A DNA stretch of 54,023 nt, taken from positions 1 through 54,023 of the forward strand of contig JACQGN010000114.1 in the NCBI GenBank assembly GCA_016199545.1. The letters run 5' to 3'. Position numbers and translations under genes: made by a program. Origin of the DNA: Betaproteobacteria bacterium (GTDB lineage: Bacteria; Pseudomonadota; Gammaproteobacteria; Burkholderiales; SG8-41). How positions within the stretch are numbered: position 1 is the stretch's first letter; every line of letters starts with the position of its first letter. This document shows, piece after piece, positions 41,055 through 49,259 of this stretch. A model generated the notes under the pieces. It saw only the letters and a list, made by a program, of their open reading frames with translations. It was not told where the DNA came from and made no database searches.

Positions 41055-41666
41055 TCAACCGGCATCGATGCAGTTGCTGGCGCTGGCTTCAGCGTGGGAC
41101 AGCGCCGATTCGGCCCGTTGCATCAAGGCGCCGATGTCCTCGCCACGCCTAAACTCCGCCAGACCGATCGACGCGGTGACTTTGCACGGCCGGCTCAGAC
41201 CGCCTATTTCCAGCGATGCAATCCGGCGGCGCACGCGCTTCGCTGGAATGGACGCTCGGTCGAGACGGGTCTGGAGGAGAACGAAAACAAACTTTTCGTC
41301 ACCGTAACGGCCGACCGCGTCCACCCCGCGCAGTTCCACCGCGATCGCAGCGGCTACGTGGCGCAGCACATTGTCGCGCGTTGCGCGCCCGTGGAAGTCA
41401 TCGACCATGCCGAGGGAGTCGACATCGACGATGCCCACGCAAAACACGCCTTGCCCTGCATCGCTCCGCGCTTTTTCCTGCTCCAGCAACGCCACGAGAT
41501 GCCGCTGATCGTGGACTCCCGTGACCTCATCGAAAATCGGCCCGCGCCGGGTTTGCGCCAAGTTCTGCTGCGGATCGTGGTTGGGCCCGCACAACTTTTG
41601 CAGCAGGGCGCGGATGTAGTCGCCTACAACTGTGCGCGCTGCTGCGTGAGCGATGGCGGAGAACAT
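41055..41666 (-). CDS. Degenerate GGDEF-domain protein (GDEKF in place of GGDEF; RxxD retained)
   Basis: DEVTGVHDQRHL...VDVDSLGMVDDFHGRATRDNVL...RGVDAVGRYGDEKFVFVL...ASIGLAEF aligns to a GGDEF domain with a broken A-site and an RGVD motif 5 residues upstream. Confidence 0.7.
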   Translation of the reverse strand: MFSAIAHAAARTVVGDYIRALLQKLCGPNHDPQQNLAQTRRGPIFDEVTGVHDQRHLVALLEQEKARSDAGQGVFCVGIVDVDSLGMVDDFHGRATRDNVLRHVAAAIAVELRGVDAVGRYGDEKFVFVLLQTRLDRASIPAKRVRRRIASLEIGGLSRPCKVTASIGLAEFRRGEDIGALMQRAESALSHAEASASNCIDAG

Positions 41667-41709
41667 GCTTGGACCTCACATCGGTGCGGCGGTGCACCCC
41701 CGGATTTGC

Positions 41710-42861
41710 CTAGTTCCGCATGATGGCGTAGCCATCGGGCAGCGCGATCCCCCGGGGAGCGTCCGTGTTACCGAGGGCGCGCGCGCGGTCATTCGGCGCA
41801 GGGCAAGCGAGCCCCGGAGGCGAGTCCCTCCCCAAAGTTGCGCGGTAATCAAGCCCGCGCGGCGCGATGACAACCCGGTTGCGTCCGCCACCCTTGGCGA
41901 GGTACACCGCATGCTCGGCTTCCGACAAGAGATCCTCGGGGGTGTCGCCATGCTCGGGATAGGCAGCGACTCCGATCGAAACCGTTATCCGGCATACAAG
42001 ATCGGGGTTCGGCCGGAGTTCGAGCATTTCAACTCTCGCCCGCAGCTTCTCGGCGCGCGCCGCCACCACATCGGTCGCCGCATCGGGCATGACCAGGAGG
42101 AACTCCTCGCCTCCCAGCCGGCAGGCGATGTCTTCCTTGCGGATGCCGCCGGCGAGCAGCGCGCCCAACTCCCGCAGCGCCGCATCGCCCGCGTCATGCC
42201 CGTAGGTGTCATTGATGTGCTTGAAGTCATCGATGTCCAACGCGATCACTCCAAGCCGGGAACGACGCTGCACAGCACGACTCAACTCCCGCGCCAGTGC
42301 GTCGGTGAGGTGGCGACGGTCGTAGAGCCCGGTGAGCCGATCGCGCGGCGCCAGCACGCCCAGTTCAAGTTGCGCCATCACCTGGGCCGCGAGGAACTGC
42401 AGCGCCTCGCGCTGCTCGTCGGTCAACTTCCGCCGCACATAGTCGATCACCGACACCGAGCCCAACACATGCCCGTCGGGCGCCACGATTGGCGCTCCGG
42501 CGTAGAAACGAACATGCGGCGCGCCCGCCACCCACGGGTGCCGCTCGAAGCGCGGATCGCGGCTCGCGTCCCGCACCTCGAACACCTTGCCTCGGCGCAT
42601 GGCGTAATCGAAGAACGCGTGCGAGCGAGGCGCCTCGGACACCGTGAAGCCCAGCGCCGACTTGAAGAATACGCGCGTTTCATCGACCAGGCCCACCAGC
42701 GCGACCGGCGTGGCGCAGAAGCGGGAGGCGAGCAGCGTAATGTCGTCGAACCGCCGTTCGTATCCGGTCTCCAGCGCGTAGTAGCCCCGCAGCGTCGCCA
42801 GCCGCTCGGCTTCTTCCTTGCTTGGGAGCACTCTTACTCCCGCCTCAGTGATTGACTCCAT
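41710..42861 (-). CDS. GAF-domain diguanylate cyclase (intact GGEEF and RxxD I-site)
   Basis: The GAF-like region (...ALVGLVDETRVFFKSALG...FYAGAPIVAPDGHVLGSVSVID) is followed by DRLTGLYDRRHL...DIDDFKHINDTYGHDAGD...RKEDIACRLGGEEFLLV. ATG 42861 is preceded by GGAGG; an alternative GTG start is at 42987. Confidence 0.85.
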   Translation of the reverse strand: MESITEAGVRVLPSKEEAERLATLRGYYALETGYERRFDDITLLASRFCATPVALVGLVDETRVFFKSALGFTVSEAPRSHAFFDYAMRRGKVFEVRDASRDPRFERHPWVAGAPHVRFYAGAPIVAPDGHVLGSVSVIDYVRRKLTDEQREALQFLAAQVMAQLELGVLAPRDRLTGLYDRRHLTDALARELSRAVQRRSRLGVIALDIDDFKHINDTYGHDAGDAALRELGALLAGGIRKEDIACRLGGEEFLLVMPDAATDVVAARAEKLRARVEMLELRPNPDLVCRITVSIGVAAYPEHGDTPEDLLSEAEHAVYLAKGGGRNRVVIAPRGLDYRATLGRDSPPGLACPAPNDRARALGNTDAPRGIALPDGYAIMRN

Positions 42862-42989
42862 TGATGCCTCCAACGTCAGTTGATCGAGCCCAGCACACGA
42901 CGCCCCCGGATTGAAGCTGTTGCCGTTGTCCACGTTGTCGGGACTTCCGTTGCCGGTCCTGCGTTTATTCCGTTTAGCGGGCGCCACAC

Positions 42990-43325
42990 CTAAATGAAAG
43001 ACGCCAGCGCCCTGACGCGGTCGAGGAACGCATCATCGATCGACGCCAGATCCTCGGGCAGATCGGGCCCGGTTTCATACAGGTGCCGGTCGCAGGCCGT
43101 CGTGTGCAGCCCACCAACAATCGCTGACTCGGTGCGCGGCGGTTCCGCGCTGTCGCTCGGCAGTGCCGCAACTTGCGCCGCTTTCGCATGACTGAATTCA
43201 TCCTGGTAGGTCACGATCGCACTCTCCAATTGGTTGATCCGTACCAAGCACGTGCAGATTTCATGCCAGGCGCCTTGGAGGAACGGCGTGGAAAGATAAC
43301 TTGAGTGCAACGATCTGATCCACAA
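42990..43325 (-). CDS. Hypothetical protein (111 aa, or 75 aa from GTG 43214)
   Basis: The ORF ends 3 nt before the extended start of the cyclase gene. The internal GTG 43214 has GGAGAG 7 nt upstream. No family recognised. Confidence 0.35.
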   Translation of the reverse strand: MWIRSLHSSYLSTPFLQGAWHEICTCLVRINQLESAIVTYQDEFSHAKAAQVAALPSDSAEPPRTESAIVGGLHTTACDRHLYETGPDLPEDLASIDDAFLDRVRALASFI

Positions 43326-43603
43326 GGATTTGAAGAGGAGCGGTGTGACCGTGCGCTGCGTACCGTATTCCTGAATTTGCGTCGAGAACTTGACGATCGC
43401 TAGAGATGCCGGCGACTGCCCAGCGTTTTTTCGATATTACCCCTGCAAGAACCGTGAACTTTGTCACTGCACACGTCCGTGGGTACGCTGGCTGATCCAA
43501 GACAAAGCACGGCACATGGCCGCGCATCAAGAGTGCTTCACCGACTACTACCAGTTTGCCGAGGGCTTGTTTGACGCGGCCGAGAAGGACACGCACAGAC
43601 AGC

Positions 43604-43786
43604 TCAACCGGCGAGCGGTGCCGCCAGAATCGTGGTGAAAACGGTCAGATCGAACACCATACGCCATGCGATAGATGCTCTTTCGCCCGCATATCCGCCA
43701 TGACGCGCCATTGCACGGACGCCGGAGAGGAACGAAATGATCACGCCCATTGTGCCTACAAAGGTGAGAAGAGCGAATGTGTTCAT
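43604..43786 (-). CDS. Twin-transmembrane-helix small protein (HIG1-like)
   Basis: 60 aa, MNTFALLTFVGTMGVIISFLSGVRAMARHGGYAGERASIAWRMVFDLTVFTTILAAPLAG: two TM helices around a basic loop, resembling the HIG_1_N / twin-TM small protein pattern. Confidence 0.45.
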   Translation of the reverse strand: MNTFALLTFVGTMGVIISFLSGVRAMARHGGYAGERASIAWRMVFDLTVFTTILAAPLAG

Positions 43787-43966
43787 GGCTGCCTCGATTC
43801 CTGTCTGTTGATGGCCACACTGTAGCGGGCCGGAATGCCCAGGTCTGTCAGGAGATCACGACAAGTTCCCATGCTGATACAGGGAATCCATGATTGCGTC
43901 GTGCCTCGAAACAGTGCGCGAGGGTGACCGATGTGGAAATCGGGATGGCCGCGAACGCTATGGAGC

Positions 43967-44018
43967 ATCGGCGCTACTGGCAGACGCCGCTCGTCGGCGA
44001 CCCGGTCCCGGACCCGGA
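43967..44018 (+). repeat. 52-bp direct repeat, right copy (orphan duplicate of the comEC 3-prime end)
   Basis: ATCGGCGCTACTGGCAGACGCCGCTCGTCGGCGACCCGGTCCCGGACCCGGA would encode ...RRYWQTPLVGDPVPDPEAL-stop but has no comEC-like sequence upstream. Confidence 0.9.
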
Positions 44019-44091
44019 AGCGCTCTGACCGTACTCGCGATCGTGGTAAGCGATTTCGAGCGCGTTGAGTTCCAACCGGGGCGGCGCGGTC

Positions 44092-47000
44092 TCATCCCGC
44101 TGGCCACGGCTGATAGAGCAGATCCAGCGTCAGCGGGAAATCGGGATTGGGCGGTTCGGGGCGCACCGTCATGGGCCCCGGCGTGTGGCCATGGTCCCAG
44201 AAGCGCGCGGTGCGCCGTGCCTCGGCTTCGCCGGCATTGACCGGGTAGGCATCGTAGTTGCGTCCGCCGGGGTGCGAGACGTGGTAAGTGCAGCCGCCGA
44301 TCGAGCGCCCGCTCCAGGTATCCACGATGTCGAACACGAGCGGCGTGTGTATGCCGATCGTCGGATGCAACGCCGACGGCGGATGCCAGGCGCGGTAGCG
44401 CACGCCGGCGACGGACTCACCGGGTATTCCGGTGGGATGAAGCGGCAGCGCGCGGCCGTTGCAGGCGACGACATGGCGCGGGGCGGTGAGCCCGGTGACT
44501 CTCACCTGCAGGCGCTCCACCGAGGAATCGACGTAGCGGGCGGTCGCGCCGGCACTCACGTCTTCTCCGAGGACGTTCCAAGGCTCGAGCGCGTGGCGCA
44601 GTTCAAGCTGCGTGTTGTCGTAGACCACCGTGCCATAGCGCGGGAAGCGGAATTCAATGAAAGGCGCAAACCAGCGGGAATCGAACGAATAGCCGGCGCG
44701 CTGCATGTCCAGCGCGATATCGTGCATGTCGGCCGCGACGAAGTGGGGCAGCATGAAGCGGTCGTGAAGCTGCGTACCCCAGCGGATGAGCGCGCCCGAG
44801 TACGGCGTCCTGCAGAAGCGGGCCACCAAGCCGCGCAGCAGCAGCATATGCACGAGGCTCATCTGCGGATGCGGCTGCATCTCGATGGCGCGGAGTTCAA
44901 GCAGCCCCAGCCGCCCGGTCGGGGCGTCCGGCGAGTGGAGTTTGTCGATGCAGAACTCGGCGCGATGGGTGTTGCCGGTGAGATCGACCAGCAGATTGCG
45001 CAACATGCGATCCACCAGCGACGGCGCCACCGATCCGTCTCCAGCGTTCTGCTCCAGTTTCATCTGCTGGAACGCGATCTCGAGTTCGTAGAGCGAATCG
45101 TGACGCGCTTCGTCGACGCGCGGCGCCTGGCTGGTAGGGCCGATGAACCGGCCCGCGAACAGGTACGACAGGGCGGGGTGGTTCTGCCAGTAGGCGATCA
45201 GGCTCTGCAACAGGTCGGGGCGCCGCAACAGTGGACTGTCCACTGGTGTCGGCCCGCCGAGCGTCGCATGGTTGCCGCCGCCGGTGCCGGTGTGGTGTCC
45301 ATCGAGCATGAATTTCTCGGTGGTGAGGCGCGTGGCCCGCGCGTCCTCGTGCAGGGCGAGCGTGTTCCCGACCAGTTCGTTCCAGCCCGCCGCAGGGTGG
45401 ATATTGACTTCGATCACACCGGGGTCCGGCGTGACGTTCAGAACCCTGATGCGGGTATCGAACGGCGGCGGATAGCCTTCCAGCCGCACGGGGCGGGCGA
45501 GTGCGGCGGCGACGCGCTCGACCGCGGCTACCAGAGCGATGAAGTCCTCGGTGCGCAACAAAGGTGGGAGAAATACGTGGACACGTCCGTGCCGCACTTC
45601 CACAGTGAACGCGGTGCGCACCACGGCGCGGCCCGGTTCGGACTGCAATTCGCCCGGCAAGCGGGCGGGCAGCGAATCGAGCGGGAGACGATTGCCGATC
45701 GAAGCATCACCCGGTATCAGAAAGAGACATGTGCGCCGCAAGGGCCACGGGGACGTCTCCCACGTTTCTGGAGATCCCGGTTGTTCCGCTGCGCGGCGCG
45801 GACGCAGCGGGAGCACGATTCCCGCAACCTGTGCGGGTGCGCCTTCGAGCCTGCCGAGAATTCGCGTTCGGTCGGATTCCGGCGCACTCGACGCGTGTGC
45901 CGGATCCGCATCAATCGGAAGCCGTCCTTCTGCCTCCAGCAGCGGGAGCGGATCCTCAAAGGCCTCGATGAGGGATTCGTGAGTCAAGCCCAGTGCATCG
46001 GCAATGCCTCGCGCCACGCGCCACGCATCATCGAGAGTGGCATTGGCCGCAGATGACTCACTTGCGATCAGACCGGGGTCGCGCCATAGGGGCTCGCCGT
46101 CCACGCGCCAATACACTCCGATCGCCCAGCGCGGCACCGGCTCGCCCGGATACCACTTGCCCTGGCCATAGAACACCATGCCGCCGGGCGCGAAGCGCGC
46201 CCGCAGGCGCCATGCAAGCTGCTCGGCGAGTTCCCATTTGTGCTGGCCGAGTGCGGCCGTATTCCACTGCGGATCTTCGCGTTTGTCGATCGCGACGAAA
46301 GTGGGCTCGCCCCCCTGCGTAAGACGCACGTCGCCCGCCGCAAGCTCAGTGTCGATGTCCCGGCCCAGGCGGTCGATCGCGCTCCACTGGTCGTCGCCGT
46401 AGGGCCGGGTGGTCCGGGGATCTTCATGGATACGCATCACCGACGCAGAGAACTCGAACGTCGTCTCGCACGGCTCGACCGCGCCGGTAACCGGCGCGGC
46501 CGCCGCGGGGGAGGGTGTGCACGCAAGCGGGATATGTCCCTCGGCGCAGAACAGGCCCGAGGTGGGGTCGAGTCCGACCCAACCGGCACCGGGGAGGTAG
46601 ACCTCGGCCCAGGCGTGCAGATCCGCAAAGTCGCGCTCCGAGCCCGCGGGACCGTCGAGCGGCTTCACATCCGGCTTGAGCTGAATCAGGTAGCCGGAGA
46701 CAAAACGTGAGGCAAATCCCAGATGGCGCAGGATCTGCACCAGGAGCCACGCGCTGTCGCGGCACGATCCGCTCGCGCGCTGCAGCGTTTCCTCGCAATC
46801 CTGGACGCCGGGTTCCATGCGCACGACGTATCGCACGTCACGACTCAGGCCGCGGACGAGATTGACCAGGAACTCGACCGTGCCGGTTGTCGCTCCCTCG
46901 CGGCGCACGGATGCGATCCACGCGGTGAGCCGCTGGCCGCGTTCCGCAAGGTCAAGGAACGGCACGAGATCCCGCGCGAGTTCGCCGCGGTAGGCAATCG

Positions 47001-47307
47001 GATAGCGCTCGGCGTCATTTTCGACGAAGAAATCGAAGGGGTTGATGACGCGCATATCGGCAATGAGGTCGACCGTGATCTCCAGTGCTCCGGCCTTCTC
47101 CGGAAAGACGAAGCGCGCGACGTGATTGCCGAAGACGTCCTGCTGCCAGTGGACGAAATGCCGATCAGGCGCGATATTGAGCGAATAGCCGAGTATCGGG
47201 GTGCGGCAATGCGGCGCAGGGCGCAGGCGGATCTGGTGCGGCGACAGGATGACCTGCTTGTCGTAACGGTAGCGGGTCTGGTGGTGCAGTGCGACCTGGA
47301 TACTCAT
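44092..47307 (-). CDS. Transglutaminase-family protein with DUF2126-type C-terminal region (1071 aa)
   Basis: It has Bact_transglu_N (MSIQVALHHQTRYRYD...) and a transglutaminase core with catalytic Cys (SGSCRDSAWLLVQILRHLGFASRFVSGY), then a long conserved C-terminal region. The start is ATG 47307. Confidence 0.9.
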   Translation of the reverse strand: MSIQVALHHQTRYRYDKQVILSPHQIRLRPAPHCRTPILGYSLNIAPDRHFVHWQQDVFGNHVARFVFPEKAGALEITVDLIADMRVINPFDFFVENDAERYPIAYRGELARDLVPFLDLAERGQRLTAWIASVRREGATTGTVEFLVNLVRGLSRDVRYVVRMEPGVQDCEETLQRASGSCRDSAWLLVQILRHLGFASRFVSGYLIQLKPDVKPLDGPAGSERDFADLHAWAEVYLPGAGWVGLDPTSGLFCAEGHIPLACTPSPAAAAPVTGAVEPCETTFEFSASVMRIHEDPRTTRPYGDDQWSAIDRLGRDIDTELAAGDVRLTQGGEPTFVAIDKREDPQWNTAALGQHKWELAEQLAWRLRARFAPGGMVFYGQGKWYPGEPVPRWAIGVYWRVDGEPLWRDPGLIASESSAANATLDDAWRVARGIADALGLTHESLIEAFEDPLPLLEAEGRLPIDADPAHASSAPESDRTRILGRLEGAPAQVAGIVLPLRPRRAAEQPGSPETWETSPWPLRRTCLFLIPGDASIGNRLPLDSLPARLPGELQSEPGRAVVRTAFTVEVRHGRVHVFLPPLLRTEDFIALVAAVERVAAALARPVRLEGYPPPFDTRIRVLNVTPDPGVIEVNIHPAAGWNELVGNTLALHEDARATRLTTEKFMLDGHHTGTGGGNHATLGGPTPVDSPLLRRPDLLQSLIAYWQNHPALSYLFAGRFIGPTSQAPRVDEARHDSLYELEIAFQQMKLEQNAGDGSVAPSLVDRMLRNLLVDLTGNTHRAEFCIDKLHSPDAPTGRLGLLELRAIEMQPHPQMSLVHMLLLRGLVARFCRTPYSGALIRWGTQLHDRFMLPHFVAADMHDIALDMQRAGYSFDSRWFAPFIEFRFPRYGTVVYDNTQLELRHALEPWNVLGEDVSAGATARYVDSSVERLQVRVTGLTAPRHVVACNGRALPLHPTGIPGESVAGVRYRAWHPPSALHPTIGIHTPLVFDIVDTWSGRSIGGCTYHVSHPGGRNYDAYPVNAGEAEARRTARFWDHGHTPGPMTVRPEPPNPDFPLTLDLLYQPWPAG

Positions 47308-47341
47308 GGCGTCCCACTCACCGGAGCCGCGCGGTGATGGA

Positions 47342-48082
47342 CTACGCGCCCACGGTCCAGTCGGGATTCGGGATGCCGGCAAACACCTTGCGCAGGCCGT
47401 TGCCCCATTGCTGGTGGATCATTGTGAAGTAAGGATCGTCTTCTTCGACGCGCCTTTGCATGCCGATCCTGAAGCTGTCGCGCACGTAAACCAGCAGGTC
47501 GATAGGCAGTCCCACCGAAATATTGCTGCGCATGGTCGAATCGAACGACACCAGTATGCACTTCGTCGCATCGAGTATTTCGGTATTGCACTTGATCACC
47601 CGGTCGATGACCGGCTTGCCGTACTTGCTCTCGCCGATCTGAAAGTAGGGCGTGTCGCGGGTGGCTTCGATGAAATTGCCCTCGTTGTAGATGTGGAACA
47701 GCCGCTGGCGCTCGCCCCGGATCTGCCCGCCAACCAGCAGTGTTGCGCTTGCGTCGACGTTGCTCTGCTCGAGATACGGTCCGTCGCGCCGCTTGACTTC
47801 GCGCAGCGTTTCACCCACCCGTTCTGCGACCTCGATCATCGAGGCGACGTTCATGACGGTCTTCTTGGCGTCGGGGTTGCGCGACTGGTGGTCGAGAATG
47901 TTGACCACGTTCTGGGTGATCGAAAGGTTACCGGAGGAAAGAATGATGATGACCCGCTCGCCCTCGGTGGCGAAGATTCTCATCTTGCGAAAACTCGAGA
48001 CGTGATCGACGCCGGCGGAGGTTCGCGAATCCGAAGCGAACACCATTCCCACGTCCAGAACCGCGGCTACGCAATAAGTCAT
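47342..48082 (-). CDS. Proteasome-type protease (Anbu, ancestral beta-subunit family)
   Basis: MTYCVAAVLDVGMVFASDSRTSAGVDHVSSFRKM... has an N-terminal Thr directly after Met, the Ntn-hydrolase beta-subunit pattern characteristic of Anbu. Confidence 0.88.
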   Translation of the reverse strand: MTYCVAAVLDVGMVFASDSRTSAGVDHVSSFRKMRIFATEGERVIIILSSGNLSITQNVVNILDHQSRNPDAKKTVMNVASMIEVAERVGETLREVKRRDGPYLEQSNVDASATLLVGGQIRGERQRLFHIYNEGNFIEATRDTPYFQIGESKYGKPVIDRVIKCNTEILDATKCILVSFDSTMRSNISVGLPIDLLVYVRDSFRIGMQRRVEEDDPYFTMIHQQWGNGLRKVFAGIPNPDWTVGA

Positions 48083-48145
48083 CGGAGCACCTTCTCGAAT
48101 GAGCCGGTGAGCTTAGGGCAAACGCCCGGCGTTGACAAGCCGGTT

Positions 48146-49153
48146 TCAGCGGGAGGCCTGCGTCATGCCCGCGCGGCCGGGTTCCGGCGCGGTCACGTAC
48201 TCCGGAACCAGGAAATGCCGGTTGATCTCGCCGTTGAGCGCGTCCAGCTTCTCGATGAAGCTCATGAGGTATTCGTGCAGTCCCAGGCTGATGATCTGCT
48301 CGGTGCGGCCGTAATGCAGATGGGCGTGGATCTCGCCGGCCAGCCGCTCTGCTTCGCGCGACGACGGTTCGCAGATGTCGCGCAGGATGTCGTAGATCTC
48401 GTTCATGCAGGCGTGGAGCGACCGTGGCACGTCATCGCGCAGCACCAGCAGCTCGGCGACCCGCATTGGGGTCAGCACGTCGCGGTAGACCTTGCGATAG
48501 GCATCGAAGGCGCTTACGGAGCGCAGCAATGCGCTCCACTGGTAATAGTCGACCGCCCCGCCCACGTCCGTGACACTCGGCAGCAGCGTGTGATACTTGA
48601 CGTCGAGCAGCCGCGCCGTGTTGTCGGCGCGCTCGATGAAAGTCCCGAGACGGATGAAACTGTAGCCTTCGTCGCGCAGCGAGGTGCCGAAGGTGACGCC
48701 TCGAAACTGGTGCGAGCGCGTTTTGACCCAATCGAAGAACCCGCTCACCCCGCGCGCCTGCAAGCCGTCGAAATCCCGGTCGCGCAGCTCCAGCCAGAAC
48801 GCGTTGATGTCCTCGTACATCTCCGAGGTGATGGCCCCGCGGGCGGTGCGCGCGTTCTCGCGCGCGGACTGGATGCACGAGTAGATGCTGGAAGTGTTGG
48901 TGGCGTCGAGCACCATGTACCGCAGCACGTTCTCGGCGGACAACGGGCCCGGATAGCGTTCATAGTACGCCGTGGCGAGCCCGTTGATCACCAGCGGCAG
49001 CGCCCACGGCTCGGCCCACGACTGTCCCGGCTCGAGGATGCGGTAGGGCAGCAGCGACATGCGGTAGGTGACATCGAGCAGCCGCGCGGTATTCTCCGCG
49101 CGCTCGATGTGCCGCGACATCCAGTAGAGGTTGTTGGCGACCCGGCTTAACAT
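48146..49153 (-). CDS. Alpha-E domain protein (DUF403)
   Basis: MLSRVANNLYWMSRHIERAENTARLLDV... is the alpha-E N-terminal signature. Confidence 0.9.
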   Translation of the reverse strand: MLSRVANNLYWMSRHIERAENTARLLDVTYRMSLLPYRILEPGQSWAEPWALPLVINGLATAYYERYPGPLSAENVLRYMVLDATNTSSIYSCIQSARENARTARGAITSEMYEDINAFWLELRDRDFDGLQARGVSGFFDWVKTRSHQFRGVTFGTSLRDEGYSFIRLGTFIERADNTARLLDVKYHTLLPSVTDVGGAVDYYQWSALLRSVSAFDAYRKVYRDVLTPMRVAELLVLRDDVPRSLHACMNEIYDILRDICEPSSREAERLAGEIHAHLHYGRTEQIISLGLHEYLMSFIEKLDALNGEINRHFLVPEYVTAPEPGRAGMTQASR

Positions 49154-49158
49154 GGGGC

Positions 49159-49259
49159 AATGATGAATGCGGAATGATGAATGCGGAATACAGGCTCCGA
49201 CGAACGAGCGTGCATTGCAATACTATTCATCATTCAGCATTCCCAATTCATCATTCCTC
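49159..49259. repeat. Heptamer-array palindromic element (AATGATG/AATGCGG units), intergenic
   Basis: The left arm is AATGATG AATGCGG AATGATG AATGCGG AATA. After a 34-nt spacer, the right arm is ATTCATC ATTCAGC ATTCCCA ATTCATC ATTCCTC. The arms are imperfectly complementary (about 26 of 32). Confidence 0.85.

Larger units (their letters stand above)
39843..43966. mobile_element. Putative integrated island (4.1 kb) bounded by 52-bp direct repeats; no recombinase gene seen
   Basis: The region is bracketed by direct repeats that duplicate the comEC 3-prime end. Hand-counted 60-mers inside give about 50-57% GC against the flanks' 65-70%. All island genes are on the minus strand. Confidence 0.5.

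Noticed and set aside
42862-42987. GTG-initiated 42-codon N-terminal extension of the GAF-GGDEF gene
   Set aside because: The extension is low-complexity (KRNKRRTGNGSPDNVDNGNS). The internal ATG 42861 has a GGAGG at ideal spacing. It is kept only as an alternative start.
43261-43638. Overlapping 111-aa (minus) and 82-aa (plus) ORFs in the gap between the island operon and the HIG1-like gene
   Set aside because: They exclude each other, have no recognisable motifs or convincing ribosome-binding sites, and are Cys/Arg-rich. I left them unannotated.
39843-43966. Search for an integrase, transposase, tRNA or tmRNA gene that would explain the direct repeats
   Set aside because: None of the island ORFs, including those in the 43.3-43.97 kb region, shows recombinase-like motifs, and I saw no tRNA-like sequence at either boundary. 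The island call therefore rests on the repeats and composition only.
44065-49150. 663-aa (44065-46056) and 614-aa (47306-49150) plus-strand ORFs across the Anbu operon
   Set aside because: They are antisense to four genes with clear family signatures and have no motifs of their own. They are high-GC open-frame artefacts.
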